DNA of 61,405 bases, the filler included, from Callorhinchus milii (Eukaryota), in assembly GCF_018977255.1 (NCBI RefSeq). It is 2 parts of 2 records of this genome, joined end to end, with 100 filler letters (N's around TTAATTAATTAA, not from the genome) between each part and the next. Parts side by side here need not be neighbours in the genome. Positions count along the whole stretch, not along the records: positions 30,758 to 61,405 come from NW_024705630.1; 1 more part is not named here. The stretch is one strand, 5' to 3'. Both the position numbers and the translations under genes were made by a program. Below are positions 59,449 through 61,405 of the stretch, piece by piece. Each line of letters opens with the position of its first letter. Position 1 is the stretch's first letter. The notes under the pieces were generated by a model. It ran no database searches and was not told the DNA's origin. It worked only from the letters and a program-made list of their open reading frames with translations.

Positions 59449-59599
59449 CTGCACACGCGCATGACAACAGCGGCCGCAGCCGCCGACGCTCGCCGCCAAG
59501 TGGTGATGACGTCACCGCAGCGCTTGTGCCAGGCTAGGTTCACTTTGGCTTGACTGAGATGACTGACAGATGCACCACTTGTTGTATCTGTTCGTCGCT

Positions 59600-60624
59600 G
59601 TGTGTGTGTGGGTGTGTGTGTGTACGGTGGGGTGTGTGTGCGTACGGTGGGGTGTGTGTGTACGGTGAGGTGTGTGTACGGTGGGGTGTGTGTACGGTGG
59701 GGTGTGTGTGTGTACGGTGGGGTGTGTGTACGTACGGTGGGGTGTGTGTACGGTGAGGTGTGTGTGTACGGTGGGGTGTGTGTGTGTACGGTAAGGTGTG
59801 TGTACGGTTGGGTGTGTGTACGGTGAGGTGTGTGTGTACGGTGGGGTGTGTGTGTGTGTACGGTGGGGTGTGTGTGGTACGGTGGGGTGTGTGTGTGTAC
59901 GGTGGGGGGGTGTGTGTACGGTGGGGGGGTGTGTGTGTACGGTGGGGTGTGTGTACGGTGGGGTGTGTGTGTACGGTGGGGTGTGTGTGTGTACGGTGGG
60001 GGGTGTGTGTACGGTGGGGTGTGTGTACGGTGGGGGTGTGTGTGTACGGTGGGGGTGTGTGTGTGTACGGTGGGGTGTGTGTGTGTACGGTGCGGTGTGT
60101 GTGTGTACGGTGGGGTGTGTGTGTACGGTGGGGTGTGTGTGTACGGTGGGGTGTGTGTGTGTACGGTGGGGTGTGTGTGTACGGTGGGGTGTGTGTGTAC
60201 GGTGGGGTGTGTGTGTGTACGGTGGGGTGTGTGTGTGTACAGTGGGGTGTGTGTACGGTGGGGTGTGTGTGTGTACGGTGGGGTGTGTGTGTGTACGGTG
60301 TGGGTGTGTGTGTGTACGGTGGGGTGTGTGTGTGTACGGTGGGTGTGTGTGTGACTGTGGGGGTGTGTGTGTGACGGTGGGGGTGTGTGTGTGTACGGTG
60401 GGGTGTGTGTGTGTACGGTGGGGTGTGTGTGTGTACGGTGGGGTGTGTGTGTGTGTGTACGGTGGGGTGTGTGTGTGTAGGGGGGGGTGTGTGGGTGTAC
60501 GGGGGGGTGTGTGTGTGTACGGTGGGGTGTGTGTACGGTGGGGTGTGTGTACGGTGGGGTGTGTGTACGGTGGGGTGTGTGTACGGTGGGGTGTGTGTAC
60601 GGTGGGGTGTGTGTACGGTGGGGT
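59600..60624. repeat. Intronic GT-rich minisatellite (GTACGGTGGG(GT)n)
   Basis: Tandem units with a variable GT count. Confidence 0.95.
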
Positions 60625-60880
60625 GCCGCGGTGGCAAGATGTTAACTCCCTCGGCTGGGATGCAGGAGGTCATTGGTTCGATGCCGACTCCCTGTGGTTG
60701 CGTGGATTTTTCTCCGGGTCCTCCAGTTTCCCCCCCCACATTTAGAAACATGCGTTTAGAGTATTTTGCTGATATAAATTTCCACGTGATGATAAGCCAT
60801 TTCGTTGAGCTATCATTTGTGGCCAGGTCGCTTCTGAAAATGAGCTGTATAGCTCAATGGACCTTACCTGGTAAAATAAG
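60625..60880 (+). mobile_element. tRNA-derived SINE (V-domain-like)
   Basis: GGTGGCAAGATG head, B box GGTTCGATGCC, GCGTGGATTTTTCTCCGGGTCCTCCAGTTTCC. Confidence 0.7.
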
Positions 60881-60963
60881 AATAGGTAGATAGGCTAAGA
60901 GTGCTTGCCCATGGAGTCCGTTGAGGTTAAGTAAGGGAATTTTGTTTTGTGTCTTTGTGTAAA

Positions 60964-61225
60964 GGGAGTGGTGGTGCAATGCGCTACGAAACCCGGCGAC
61001 CCAAGTTTGATTCCTGCTCACGGCCAAAATCAGTCACAAATATTTATAAACCAGTCGTGGGCCTCCCCTAAGTTGACTCGGCCTGATGCCACAGAGCATT
61101 AAAAGGCGGTCGGGTGTGACGCTGGCCACTCACCCCCTCATGTGTCGCACGGCCTTCATAGGTGCTACTCGCTAACAGCACTTGCCCCAGCGGCCTCTTA
61201 AAAGTCTACACGGGGGACCTTTGTC
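60964..61225 (+). mobile_element. tRNA-derived SINE with a Meta-domain-like core; free relative of the fragment inside the Helitrons
   Basis: GCGCTAC..AACCCGGCGA.CC.AGTT.GATTCC.GCTCA.GGCC and CCTCCCCTA.GT.GACTC.GCCT are shared with 18495-18585; then AAAGGCGGTCGGGTGTGACGCTGGCCACTCACC. Confidence 0.65.
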
Positions 61226-61241
61226 TTCGTGTTTGTGGTAC

Positions 61242-61405
61242 CTTGTGCCCCACGACGGTGAGGTAGTCCACCCCGAGCTCTTCGATGTTGACCCTGATTT
61301 TGCCAAGGGCCTGGGCGGCGTCCGTGTGCAGCAGCACGCGGCCGAGACGCGGCATCGCGCCCCCTCCTCGCATTGCGCGCACGCGCCGGCAGATCTCCGC
61401 GATCG
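61242..61405 (-). CDS. SCLY: Selenocysteine lyase exon with the PLP-binding lysine (cut by the window end)
   Basis: [10 protein letters not shown]...[32 protein letters not shown], then AAG|GT donor. Confidence 0.93.

Noticed and set aside
59540..60893. His/Thr/Pro-rich and Val/Cys/Gly-rich ORFs up to 403 aa
   Set aside because: They are translations of an intronic GT minisatellite within SCLY.

Overview
Repeat-rich animal genomic DNA. It is vertebrate (SCLY and DNAI2 exons, V-domain SINEs), and the GC-rich codons and repeat landscape suggest a lamprey-like source (inference). The window is not one natural locus: a 100-bp artificial spacer (44 N + TTAATTAATTAA + 44 N, 30658-30757) joins two ~30.65-kb halves. 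Left half: low-complexity arrays, a broken Gypsy LTR retrotransposon inserted in an L2 remnant, minisatellites, a Tigger remnant, and a 17.4-kb array of a young Penelope-like element (PLE). The array has three near-identical intact RT + GIY-YIG ORFs on the minus strand, pseudo-LTRs (pLTRs) with type I hammerhead ribozymes, and an inverted upstream pLTR. Three pLTRs carry a non-autonomous Helitron at the same A|T site and one pLTR shows the empty site. The Helitron holds a captured tRNA-SINE head and amplified A-box repeats, and its third copy is diverged although its Penelope flanks are not. Right half: more PLE remnants with hammerheads, a solo LTR, 3' exons of DNAI2, five internal exons of SCLY, SINEs, and an ~18-kb featureless, random-looking block (38793 to ~56820). 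That block sits where the missing DNAI2 and SCLY exons should be and is probably not natural sequence.
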